From a bacterium (GTDB taxonomy: Bacteria > UBP7 > UBA6624), in assembly GCA_002716355.1 (NCBI GenBank), contig PBAU01000004.1, positions 1-21,236 on the forward strand: DNA of 21,236 nucleotides, in the 5' to 3' direction. The position numbers and the translations under genes are program-made. Shown one piece after another: positions 8,610 through 16,672 of the stretch; position 1 is the first letter of the stretch, and each line of letters begins with the position of its first letter. The notes beneath the pieces are model-generated. The model ran no database searches. It had not been told where the DNA came from and worked only from the letters and a program-made list of their open reading frames with translations.

Positions 8610-9716
8610 TTAATCTATAACCAATTTTCTAATAATATCTGTAATGTAGTCTTGTTCTTCTTCTGTCATCTTCAAAAATATTGGTAATCCTAACACTCTT
8701 TCTGAAATATCTTCGCATATTGGAAGCATTCCATTTGAAAAATTATATAATTTTTTATAAATTGGTTGTAAATGTAATGGAGGAAAATTTATTCTTGTTT
8801 CTACTCCATTGTTTTCTAATCCTATTCTAATTTTTTCTCTTAATTTATTATTTTTAAACAGAATTACGTATAACATGAATGTGTGTTTATTATAATTACG
8901 AATCGTTGGCGTAATAATTTCTGAAATTCCTTCCAATTTTTTATTATAATAGTCTGCTAATTGGTTTTTCTTATCTAATATTTCATCTATTCTTTTTAAT
9001 TGAGAAATACCTAGTGCTGCATTAGGATCAGGCATTTTTGCATTCCATCCTATTTCAACATGATGATATCTTCTATCTGCACCGTTTTTTCTTAAAATTT
9101 TACATTTTTCGGCTAATTCATTATCGTTTGTTACAATTAATCCTCCTTCTCCTGTATTCAGATTTTTATCTGGCCCAAATGAGAATCCGGTCATTGTACT
9201 AATTGAACCAACTTTTTTATTTTTATGAACTCCACCTAATGCAGGTGCTGCATCTTCAATTACCGCTAACCCATGTTTTTCGGCTATTTCATTAATCTCT
9301 AAAATCTCTGCGCTCTGTCCACCATAATCAATTGGCATTATTGCTTTTGTTTTTTCTGTTATTACCGCTTCAATCTTTTTTGGATCTAAGTTGAATGTAT
9401 CTGGTTCAATGTCCACAAATATTGGGTGTGCATTTCTTTGAATTATTACATTAGATGTTGCAGCAAACGTAAATGGAGTTGTAATTACTTCATCTCCATT
9501 TCCTATACCTAGTGCGTCTAATGATAAAAGCATAGATGATGTCCCAGAATTTACTGCAATAGCATTTTTTACACCCATATAGTCTGCCATTTTTTCTTCA
9601 AATTCCGTCACAATTGGACCTGGACCCAAATGATTCGTAATTACGGCATCATACATTGCCTGAGCATCTTCTTCTAAAACATTTGGTTGAGCCACCCTAA
9701 TCTTAAATTCAGCCAA
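8610..9716 (-). CDS. PLP-dependent nucleotide-sugar aminotransferase (DegT/DnrJ/EryC1/StrS family)
   Basis: Family features: AQPNVLEEDAQAMYDAV N-terminus, NSGTSSMLLSL, ITTPFTFAATSN, VIEDAAPALG, and FSFGPDKNLNTGEGG carrying the Schiff-base Lys. The ORF track starts at a TTG at 9761. I prefer the in-frame TTG at 9714-9716 (MAEFKIRVAQPN...). It gives a family-typical N-terminus and lies about 29 nt downstream of a TATA-like box. The start is uncertain (9716 vs 9761). Confidence 0.85.
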   Translation of the reverse strand: MAEFKIRVAQPNVLEEDAQAMYDAVITNHLGPGPIVTEFEEKMADYMGVKNAIAVNSGTSSMLLSLDALGIGNGDEVITTPFTFAATSNVIIQRNAHPIFVDIEPDTFNLDPKKIEAVITEKTKAIMPIDYGGQSAEILEINEIAEKHGLAVIEDAAPALGGVHKNKKVGSISTMTGFSFGPDKNLNTGEGGLIVTNDNELAEKCKILRKNGADRRYHHVEIGWNAKMPDPNAALGISQLKRIDEILDKKNQLADYYNKKLEGISEIITPTIRNYNKHTFMLYVILFKNNKLREKIRIGLENNGVETRINFPPLHLQPIYKKLYNFSNGMLPICEDISERVLGLPIFLKMTEEEQDYITDIIRKLVID

Positions 9717-9737
9717 AACTATGTTTTTTAGACTCGT

Positions 9738-9750
9738 TTTGTATAATAAC
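9738..9750 (-). promoter_or_regulatory. Candidate archaeal TATA box for the aminotransferase-SDR-SDR operon
   Basis: The minus strand reads GTTATTATACAAA, centred about 29 nt upstream of the TTG at 9716. The geometry fits a leaderless or short-leader archaeal promoter. By eye only. Confidence 0.3.
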
Positions 9751-9790
9751 TGTACGAACAATTTGTACCGTTTGTGAACAGTAGTAACGA

Positions 9791-9801
9791 TTATCTTTAA
9801 T
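9791..9801 (+). promoter_or_regulatory. Candidate TATA box for the GT2-methyltransferase-GT-C operon
   Basis: TTATCTTTAAT, centred about 26 nt upstream of the TTG start at 9822. By eye only. Confidence 0.25.
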
Positions 9802-9821
9802 CTCGTTAAGTTTTGATATAG

Positions 9822-10514
9822 TTGTCAACTGCAGTACTAATACTCACATTAAACGAAATTGATGGAATAAAGGTAATTTTACCTAAAATTGATAAATCTT
9901 GGGCAGAAGAAATAGTTGTTATTGATGGAGGTTCTACAGATGGAACTATTGAAGAAGCAAAAAAAATGGGTTTTAAGGTAATCGTACAAAAAAAACGTGG
10001 ACATGGTGATGCTATTGTAACTGGTGTTAATGCAACATCATCTGATAATATTGTAATTTTTGGCCCCGATGGGAATCATGAACCTGAAGAAATTCCAAGA
10101 TTAATAAAAAAAATAGAGGATGGTTTCGATCAAGTATTAATATCTAGATTTGGTAAAGGTTCAAAAAATTATGATGCAGTTGGAGTGAAAGGAAAATTAA
10201 TTGATTATTTTGGAAATAAAATGTTTGCATTTCTTGTCAATGTTTTTTTTGGTGGTCATTGGACTGATAGCTTAAATGAAAGTAGAATAATTTCAAGAAA
10301 AGCATTTTTTGATCTAGATTTTGATTCGTTACAAATGGGTTCAACACAATTAATGAGTATTAGAGGACTAAAGAAAAAACAAAAGATATGTGAATTAGTT
10401 GGGAATGAAGGTGCTCGTATTGGTGGTAAAAGGAAAATGCGTCCATTACATGTTGGTGCTGATCTTAGTAGACAAATATTATCTGAATTTTATTTTTGGT
10501 GTAAGAAAAAATGA
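9822..10514 (+). CDS. Glycosyltransferase family 2 (GT-A fold), soluble/peripheral, no TM helices
   Basis: 230-aa ORF with TTG start at 9822. AVLILTLNE...IVVIDGGSTDGTIEEAKKMG is the canonical GT2 N-terminal nucleotide-binding region. FGPDGNHEPEE sits in the DxD position. Its stop overlaps the next start (ATGA at 10511-10514). Confidence 0.75.
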   Translation: MSTAVLILTLNEIDGIKVILPKIDKSWAEEIVVIDGGSTDGTIEEAKKMGFKVIVQKKRGHGDAIVTGVNATSSDNIVIFGPDGNHEPEEIPRLIKKIEDGFDQVLISRFGKGSKNYDAVGVKGKLIDYFGNKMFAFLVNVFFGGHWTDSLNESRIISRKAFFDLDFDSLQMGSTQLMSIRGLKKKQKICELVGNEGARIGGKRKMRPLHVGADLSRQILSEFYFWCKKK

Positions 10515-11218
10515 AAACTGATGATTATGAATTTTATAAAGATTCTTTTGATATATTAGATAATAATTATGCTTTATGGATGAAAGAGAAAACTAATTTA
10601 TTGATTAAATTATTTGAAGGAAAAAAAATTGTTGAAGTTGGATGTGGAAATGGCTTATTATTAAAAAATTTTCCGAGAGATAAATTTGATTTTACAGGAA
10701 TTGATTTTTCAAAAGGCAATCTTCAACATGCAAAGAAAAAAAATCCTGATCTAAATTTTTTTCAAGCAGATCTTACAAAAAAATCTTCATGGAATGAACA
10801 TGAAAATAAATTTGATACTGTGCTTTGTTCAGAAGTACTAGAACATATTGAGGATGATGGTCTTGCGTTGACAATTTTAAATTCATTATTAAAAACAAAT
10901 GGTACGTTAGTTGTTACTGTTCCTGCATTTCCATTACTTTTGTCAAAATTTGACATAAAAGAGGGACATGTTCGTAGATATACAAAAAATTCTATATCTG
11001 AAATTGTAACTAACGCTGGCTTTATGATTGAAGAAATTAGATTTTGGAATGTCTTTGGTTTTTTTGGTTGGTTACTTTTTTTCAAAATTCTTAATCGTGG
11101 ATTTGAAGAATCCACTAATTCGTTTCTTTCTTCGTTAATGGGTAATTTTCTTAAAATTGAATCAAAGATAAAATTCCCTTTCGGACAGACAATTATCTTA
11201 AAAGCACGGAAATTATAA
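10511..11218 (+). CDS. Class I SAM-dependent methyltransferase
   Basis: 235-aa ORF with ATG at 10511. Motif I VEVGCGNGLLL, acidic loop GIDFS, motif CSEVLEHIEDD, post-III VVTVP. Hydrophobic C-terminal segment FWNVFGFFGWLLFFKIL may be a membrane-association helix. Translationally coupled to the GT2 gene. Confidence 0.8.
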   Translation: MKTDDYEFYKDSFDILDNNYALWMKEKTNLLIKLFEGKKIVEVGCGNGLLLKNFPRDKFDFTGIDFSKGNLQHAKKKNPDLNFFQADLTKKSSWNEHENKFDTVLCSEVLEHIEDDGLALTILNSLLKTNGTLVVTVPAFPLLLSKFDIKEGHVRRYTKNSISEIVTNAGFMIEEIRFWNVFGFFGWLLFFKILNRGFEESTNSFLSSLMGNFLKIESKIKFPFGQTIILKARKL

Positions 11219-11240
11219 TCAATGAAAAAATGTTCTCTAA

Positions 11241-11250
11241 TTTAAATAGG
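11241..11250 (+). promoter_or_regulatory. Candidate internal TATA box upstream of the GT-C gene
   Basis: TTTAAATAGG, centred about 26 nt upstream of the GTG at 11271, within the 52-nt gap after the methyltransferase gene. Confidence 0.3.
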
Positions 11251-11270
11251 AATCTAAAATGTGAATCAAC

Positions 11271-12920
11271 GTGTTAGTATCAGATCAGTCAATAAATTTC
11301 TCAAAAAAGAAAATTCTTTCAATATTGGTAATAGTTATGATAATTTCTTTAGGTTTCAAATTATACCTTATAGATTTCTCTTCACTACCTGTTGAAGATA
11401 CATATGGTTATGTGATTCGTGCCATTGCTCATACAAATGGAGATTTTTCTGAAAATGAACGAAAAACTTTGGGTTGGTCGATATTTCTTTCACCATTCAT
11501 GTTACTTTTGGATTCAACTGAACCATTAGATTACATCAATGCAGCTCGAATACTGAGTATTATTGTTTCAACGGTAACCATCTATCCCATGTATCTATTA
11601 GCAAGAAAATTCTTCAATGAAAAATTTTCTATTGCTGCATCTTGTTTGTTTGCATTTCAACCTCATCTAAATTATAATTCTGTACAGGGAATATCTGAAC
11701 CATTATTTATTCTTCTTTCAATTTTAAGTTTTTATTTCATATTGCATCAAGATAATAGAATAAAATATGTGGCATTTCTTACTGCAGGACTAATGTTCTG
11801 GGTAAGATTCAATGGTATTATCGTTTTAATTATTATTTCAATTTTATATTTCTACAATAGTAATTATTCAAAAAAACAAATTTCAAAATTTCTTCTTGCA
11901 TTATTTATTTTTATTCTTGTGCTTAGTCCAACTCTAATTCAACGGTATGATCAATTTGGTGATCCTCTCTATTTTTCTCAATCAAATACTATATTCTTAG
12001 AAAATTATGTTTCAGTTGTTGCAGAAAATACTGATATGGAAAATTATACTGCGTCAGATTATATTGAAGATAATGGAATTTTATCATTTTTTAATAAATT
12101 TGTGCTAAATGGTATTTTTAACATTGCACAATCAATCTATAAAATATTATTTCCTTACATGATTGTCTTATTCCCTATCGGAGTTTTCTTCTCTATTCGT
12201 GCATTTGATCAATCAAAAAAATTTCTTAAAAGTAATTGGATATGGATTTTTGCGTCACTAGGTGTATTTCTCATATATTTTTCAATTGTACCTGAAAAAA
12301 GATTATTGTACTTTCTTATACCTAATTTGATACTATTTTCAGTTATTCCTATTGAGCGATTAATAAAATATGGATTGAGTACATTTTCATTTAACAGAAA
12401 TCAAAAAAATATCTCATTCATAATTGTAATCTTAATAATATTGGTATTGTCTATTGTTTATACTTCTTATTATGAACTAACAGATAAAAAAACTGAAAAT
12501 GAGAAATTATTATTTTCTGAAATAATTAATAAAAAATTAAATGGAAAAATACTTGATGCTGGTTATACATTACAAAGTCTCATGTATGTTTCTTTGAATG
12601 AACCTGATAGTAATTTTAAAGAATTTGGTATATCTAAGAATGTTAACGATTGGTGGATTGGAACAAAAAATCTCAATGTAATCAATTTGTATGCAACTGA
12701 TTTTGAAAATTTTATTTTAGTTTCACAAGAAAATAATCTAAATTATCTATCAATAAATAAAGATGGAGTTAATATGGAATGGTATCCTTACTTAGAAGAT
12801 GTTTATGATAATGAAAATGATTTTCCTCAACTCAAAAAAATTTTTGATTCACAAGAGAATGGATTTGAAAATTTTCATGTAAAAATATTTGAAATACGTA
12901 ATGATGATTTTAAACCTTAA
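11271..12920 (+). CDS. GT-C fold membrane glycosyltransferase (ArnT/PMT_2-like, polyprenyl-phosphate-sugar dependent) with C-terminal extracytoplasmic domain
   Basis: 549-aa ORF with GTG at 11271. More than 10 predicted TM helices. Acidic motif in the first loop (LPVEDTYGY). Core segment ARILSIIVSTVTIYPMYLLARKFFNEKFSIAASCLFAFQPHL...SEPLF is typical of the PMT_2/ArnT family. A soluble tail of about 145 aa follows the last TM. Paralogous to the 14999-16621 product. Confidence 0.7.
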   Translation: MLVSDQSINFSKKKILSILVIVMIISLGFKLYLIDFSSLPVEDTYGYVIRAIAHTNGDFSENERKTLGWSIFLSPFMLLLDSTEPLDYINAARILSIIVSTVTIYPMYLLARKFFNEKFSIAASCLFAFQPHLNYNSVQGISEPLFILLSILSFYFILHQDNRIKYVAFLTAGLMFWVRFNGIIVLIIISILYFYNSNYSKKQISKFLLALFIFILVLSPTLIQRYDQFGDPLYFSQSNTIFLENYVSVVAENTDMENYTASDYIEDNGILSFFNKFVLNGIFNIAQSIYKILFPYMIVLFPIGVFFSIRAFDQSKKFLKSNWIWIFASLGVFLIYFSIVPEKRLLYFLIPNLILFSVIPIERLIKYGLSTFSFNRNQKNISFIIVILIILVLSIVYTSYYELTDKKTENEKLLFSEIINKKLNGKILDAGYTLQSLMYVSLNEPDSNFKEFGISKNVNDWWIGTKNLNVINLYATDFENFILVSQENNLNYLSINKDGVNMEWYPYLEDVYDNENDFPQLKKIFDSQENGFENFHVKIFEIRNDDFKP

Positions 12921-12946
12921 TTTCATTTATTATTAAAAATCTGTAA

Positions 12947-14938
12947 TTATATTCCCATTGTTGAATGTGTTGATTCAAAACTTTTTCCATCATTTTTATC
13001 TGAATTTCTGTCAACACGTGTATTGTCTATTCTTAGATTTTCAGGGTGACATTTGTAATCACGTGAACGTCTACCATACCAGATTGTTTTATAGCCCCAT
13101 TTTATGGGGTCCGTCTCGTCAATTGGATTTTTATAATTATATGTGGTCTTTTTTCCTATTAAACTAGAATTTTCTTCAGTGAAAAACTTTTTCCAATCAA
13201 ACTCAAAATCTGAAGTTTTTATTTCATCATTATAATCTCGCGTAGTAAGAATGAAAACCTGAAATTTAGCTAAATCTCTTAGTACATTTTCTGACTCGTT
13301 TAATCCACATTCTTTATCAACATAAGTAAGTAAATTAAAAATTGCATCTTGCAGTACATCTTTATCTCTTGTTAATCGTAACCAACTTGCTTCTTCAATT
13401 GGCCAAATTATATCTCCTAGATCTGCATCGTGATGATCCCATCCCTTTCCTGAATATCCATTATCTCTAAATTCAATGACTTTGTTTAATTCATCATTTA
13501 AAATTGAATCAGATTTTCGTGCATATTCTAAAAATTTTTCATAGAATGTAACAAATTGTAAATTATGTGTTTTATTAAAATAACTTGTAACATATTCTAA
13601 AATTCCGAGACTTTGTAATGTTAAAAATGACCACGAATAAAGATAAATTTCTTTTAATTCATCTAAAGAACACATATTATTTTCTGTAGCCAGATATTCA
13701 AATTCTTGAATCCCTCTATTATGAATTGAAGAATGAACTAACATTATTGGGGATTTCACCAATTTTATTCCATATTTTTCTCTGTATTCTGGAACATTCA
13801 TTGGTGCATTTGGCAGAACACTACAATGATAAATAAAAACTGTATCGATTTTTGTATGTGCAATATTTTCTAATCCTTGTTTAAATGTCTCTAGCGTTTC
13901 ACCTGGAAGTCCCATAATTAATTCAGTATATGTTGGAATATTATTTTCCCTAAACGTTGCTGTTAATTCTCCAAATGAATCAAATTTAATATTTGCTCGT
14001 TTCATAATGTTTAATGTATTAGTATCAAGTGATTGTACAGCTAGAGTAACTGCACCTAATACTCCACCTTCTTGTAACTCTTTTGCAATTGGAATGATTC
14101 TATCTGATGAATTCTTTGCCCATGCTGGTCTAATTCTTTCTGGAAAATGTTTTTTTAATGCAACCTCTTTTAATTTTTGTGCAATTTTAAAATCTCTTTC
14201 TTGAAAAATTCCGAAATTTGCATCACAACAATCTATGTATGGTATTTTATTATCGCCAAACCACTCGATTTCTTGAAATAATTTTGATTCTTCCCATTTT
14301 CTAACTCTGCTTTTTGTTGCACTTCCCCAGTCACAAAATGTACATTGATATGGACAACCTCTATTAGTTTCCCACGAAGAAATCCATTTTATTCCATCTA
14401 TTTTATCAACTAGTTCCCAAACTGTATTTGTTAAATATGGTGATGGTAGTTCATCTAAGTTACTAATTCTTTCTTGTGGCGCTGTTCTGAAATCTTTTGT
14501 TTCTATACCTTTAATTTGTGAATAATTTTTGTCTTTCAAATATGCAATAAGAATTTCTTCAAATACATATTCTCCTTCACCGTGGACAATTATATCCACA
14601 AAAGGATTTTCTTTAAAAAAATCTGGAGATAAATCTGGTATCTGTGGTCCGCCAAAAATTATAGTACATTCTGGATTTATCTTTTTTATTTCTCGTGCAA
14701 GATATGTTGTAATTTCCCAATTCCAAACATAACAAGAACAAAGCAAAATATCACTATTCTTACATTCTTGAATGTAATCCTCAACCTTATTTCTAAATAC
14801 AAAACTTTTCTCAAAACTAAAATTTGATGCTAATTCAGGTTTAGACTTGATATATGCTACAAGGGTTGCTATACTATATGGAAAATGAATCTGATCTCCA
14901 TATTGATAATTAAATTGTGAACTGTTAACTTTTATCAT
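12947..14938 (-). CDS. Class B (B12-binding domain) radical SAM enzyme with long C-terminal extension
   Basis: 663-aa ORF with ATG at 14936-14938. N-terminal cobalamin-binding-like Rossmann region (DILLCSCYVWNW...TIIFGGPQIPD...IIVHGEGEYVFEEIL). Radical SAM cluster motif NRGCPYQCTFCDWG, with Cys195/199/202 codons at 14354-14356, 14342-14344 and 14333-14335. I do not recognise the roughly 250 residues after the TIM-barrel core. Confidence 0.85.
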   Translation of the reverse strand: MIKVNSSQFNYQYGDQIHFPYSIATLVAYIKSKPELASNFSFEKSFVFRNKVEDYIQECKNSDILLCSCYVWNWEITTYLAREIKKINPECTIIFGGPQIPDLSPDFFKENPFVDIIVHGEGEYVFEEILIAYLKDKNYSQIKGIETKDFRTAPQERISNLDELPSPYLTNTVWELVDKIDGIKWISSWETNRGCPYQCTFCDWGSATKSRVRKWEESKLFQEIEWFGDNKIPYIDCCDANFGIFQERDFKIAQKLKEVALKKHFPERIRPAWAKNSSDRIIPIAKELQEGGVLGAVTLAVQSLDTNTLNIMKRANIKFDSFGELTATFRENNIPTYTELIMGLPGETLETFKQGLENIAHTKIDTVFIYHCSVLPNAPMNVPEYREKYGIKLVKSPIMLVHSSIHNRGIQEFEYLATENNMCSLDELKEIYLYSWSFLTLQSLGILEYVTSYFNKTHNLQFVTFYEKFLEYARKSDSILNDELNKVIEFRDNGYSGKGWDHHDADLGDIIWPIEEASWLRLTRDKDVLQDAIFNLLTYVDKECGLNESENVLRDLAKFQVFILTTRDYNDEIKTSDFEFDWKKFFTEENSSLIGKKTTYNYKNPIDETDPIKWGYKTIWYGRRSRDYKCHPENLRIDNTRVDRNSDKNDGKSFESTHSTMGI

Positions 14939-14953
14939 ATAATCTGGACCTCA

Positions 14954-14970
14954 AATTTATAATTTATAAT
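14954..14970 (-). promoter_or_regulatory. Candidate TATA box for the radical SAM gene
   Basis: The minus strand reads ATTATAAATTATAAATT (plus strand AATTTAT repeated about 2.4 times), centred about 24 nt upstream of the ATG at 14938. Confidence 0.35.
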
Positions 14971-14998
14971 TTTCATATAATTTATTACTAAATTTCCT

Positions 14999-16621
14999 TT
15001 ATTTTGTTAAATTATCAAATTTCTCATAGTCAATCTTGAATATTTTAACATGGTAACTGAATTTATCTTCTTTTGAGTCATAGACTATTTCTAAAAATGG
15101 ATATTTATGTTCATTTTCTCTAATATCTTTGATAAATTCTGGTCTATTTGGATTATCATCTACTAACAAATATTCTAAATTCTCATCTCTTGCATTATTT
15201 AGAAATTCATTTAATGATCTTGCCTCATAACAACTATCACATCCAATTGTTATTCCTCCACTTGCACCCTGAATTACTTCTATCTGGTTGGGGATATCAG
15301 CAAATAATACAGGAAATTTATCTAGAATTGTTGCTTCTATAATTTTTCCACTAACATAAACTGATTCAGGATCATAATCATTAATTACATTTGTCATCTC
15401 GCTTATTTTTATTCCAATTTTATATGCTTCAATTTCTCGTTCATAATCAATTTTTTTATATTCCAAAAAAATAATTGAGGTAAGAATTATCCCAACAATC
15501 AACAAACCAATTAACAAATTATCTTTTTTTATTTTTCTTGTTATACTCTCAATAAAAGACAGTGAAATCAAAATTAAAATTGGTACAGTTATGAACAAAT
15601 ATTTCACTTCAGAAAATTCTCTCGAAAATGCATAAAATGCTGGAATTATCATTATAATACTAAAAATAAAAATTATCTTTCTATCTGAATTAAAATTTTT
15701 AAAAAATAAAATTAAACCACCAGGAATAAAAAATAATAAGTATGGAATCATTAACCAACCAAATAATTTAACCATGTTTAACATTCCTTTAGTAATCTTT
15801 GTTAGAAAATTATCCTTTGTATCAAACATTGCGTTAGTAACTGGGTCAGATTGATAGAATGTTGACTGTGATATAATATGACTAAATATCCCATCATTGC
15901 CTGTAACTTCTATTCTTAATCCCATTGCAGGAAGTAATATCAGAATAAAAACACCTAGTGCAACAAAATATTTTGGAATATCTTTCTTATGATCTTTAAA
16001 TCTGAAAAATAATAAAATAAAGAAAGGAACAATTAGTAAAATCCCTTCATATCTAATTAATGATAATAATGCTAGTAATCCAAATGAAAGATAAATCATC
16101 TTAAATTTTTTTGATAAAAATAGGTAAACACTAAATGTAAATAGAAAAATAAAAATGGATTCTGGTAACCCTGAAATTGAATTTATCAATAATCTTGGTT
16201 CAAAAACAAAGATACATGCACCAATTAATGCAATTTTGGTCTTAAAAAACCGTTTAGATAATAAGAAAATAGGAATTATTGTAGCAGCTGAAAAAATTAT
16301 AGATGTTAATCTTTGTATAATATGGAAATCTATGAATGTATCTGGATTTGTTATGTTGAAGATTACAGATAAGAATACTGGCCAACCATTATTTGGGAAG
16401 TTATAACCTCTTGGTAATTCTCCTAGAATGCTTGTATCTACTGCATACCAAAAATATAACGAACCATCTAAAGTTATTGGTAATTCAAAAGATGTATAGT
16501 AAATTCTGATAATTATTCCAGCTGTGAATAATAAAATTAATTGAATTCTTATATCCAAAAATATTCTTGAAAAATTACTTTCTTTCGTAGAAGTGAGATC
16601 TTTTTCCATATCTTTATTCAA
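14999..16621 (-). CDS. GT-C fold membrane glycosyltransferase (ArnT/PMT_2-like), paralogue of the 11271-12920 product
   Basis: 540-aa ORF with TTG at 16619-16621 (alternative ATG at 16607-16609). Multi-TM. Core segment QRLTSIIFSAATIIPIFLLSKRFFKTKIALIGACIFVFEPRL...PESIF aligns with the other GT-C. The C-terminal soluble domain ends YPFLEIVYDSKEDKFSYHVKIFKIDY, compared with FPQLKKIFDSQENGFENFHVKIFEIRN in the paralogue. Confidence 0.7.
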   Translation of the reverse strand: MNKDMEKDLTSTKESNFSRIFLDIRIQLILLFTAGIIIRIYYTSFELPITLDGSLYFWYAVDTSILGELPRGYNFPNNGWPVFLSVIFNITNPDTFIDFHIIQRLTSIIFSAATIIPIFLLSKRFFKTKIALIGACIFVFEPRLLINSISGLPESIFIFLFTFSVYLFLSKKFKMIYLSFGLLALLSLIRYEGILLIVPFFILLFFRFKDHKKDIPKYFVALGVFILILLPAMGLRIEVTGNDGIFSHIISQSTFYQSDPVTNAMFDTKDNFLTKITKGMLNMVKLFGWLMIPYLLFFIPGGLILFFKNFNSDRKIIFIFSIIMIIPAFYAFSREFSEVKYLFITVPILILISLSFIESITRKIKKDNLLIGLLIVGIILTSIIFLEYKKIDYEREIEAYKIGIKISEMTNVINDYDPESVYVSGKIIEATILDKFPVLFADIPNQIEVIQGASGGITIGCDSCYEARSLNEFLNNARDENLEYLLVDDNPNRPEFIKDIRENEHKYPFLEIVYDSKEDKFSYHVKIFKIDYEKFDNLTK

Positions 16622-16672
16622 TTTAATAAAAATCCATTTTTCTTCCTAATGAAGGAAACTGATGTTTTATCA

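Noticed and set aside
10762-11115. 117-aa minus-strand ORF opposite the methyltransferase gene.
   Set aside because: It is embedded in a CDS with clear SAM-methyltransferase motifs on the plus strand. It has no motif and no start context, so I treat it as a shadow ORF.
14954-14970. Tandem AATTTAT heptamer (about 2.4 copies), considered as a microsatellite or repeat element.
   Set aside because: It is too short and is simply the A/T-rich TATA-like region at the right distance from the radical SAM start. I annotated it as a candidate promoter instead.
16643-16657. Small hairpin TTCCT-AATGA-AGGAA in the 51-nt gap between the MBOAT stop and the GT-C start, considered as a terminator or attenuator.
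   Set aside because: The stem is only 5 bp, with no adjacent oligo-T tract on the transcribed (minus) strand that I can see. That is insufficient to call a terminator, and the genes are probably co-transcribed.
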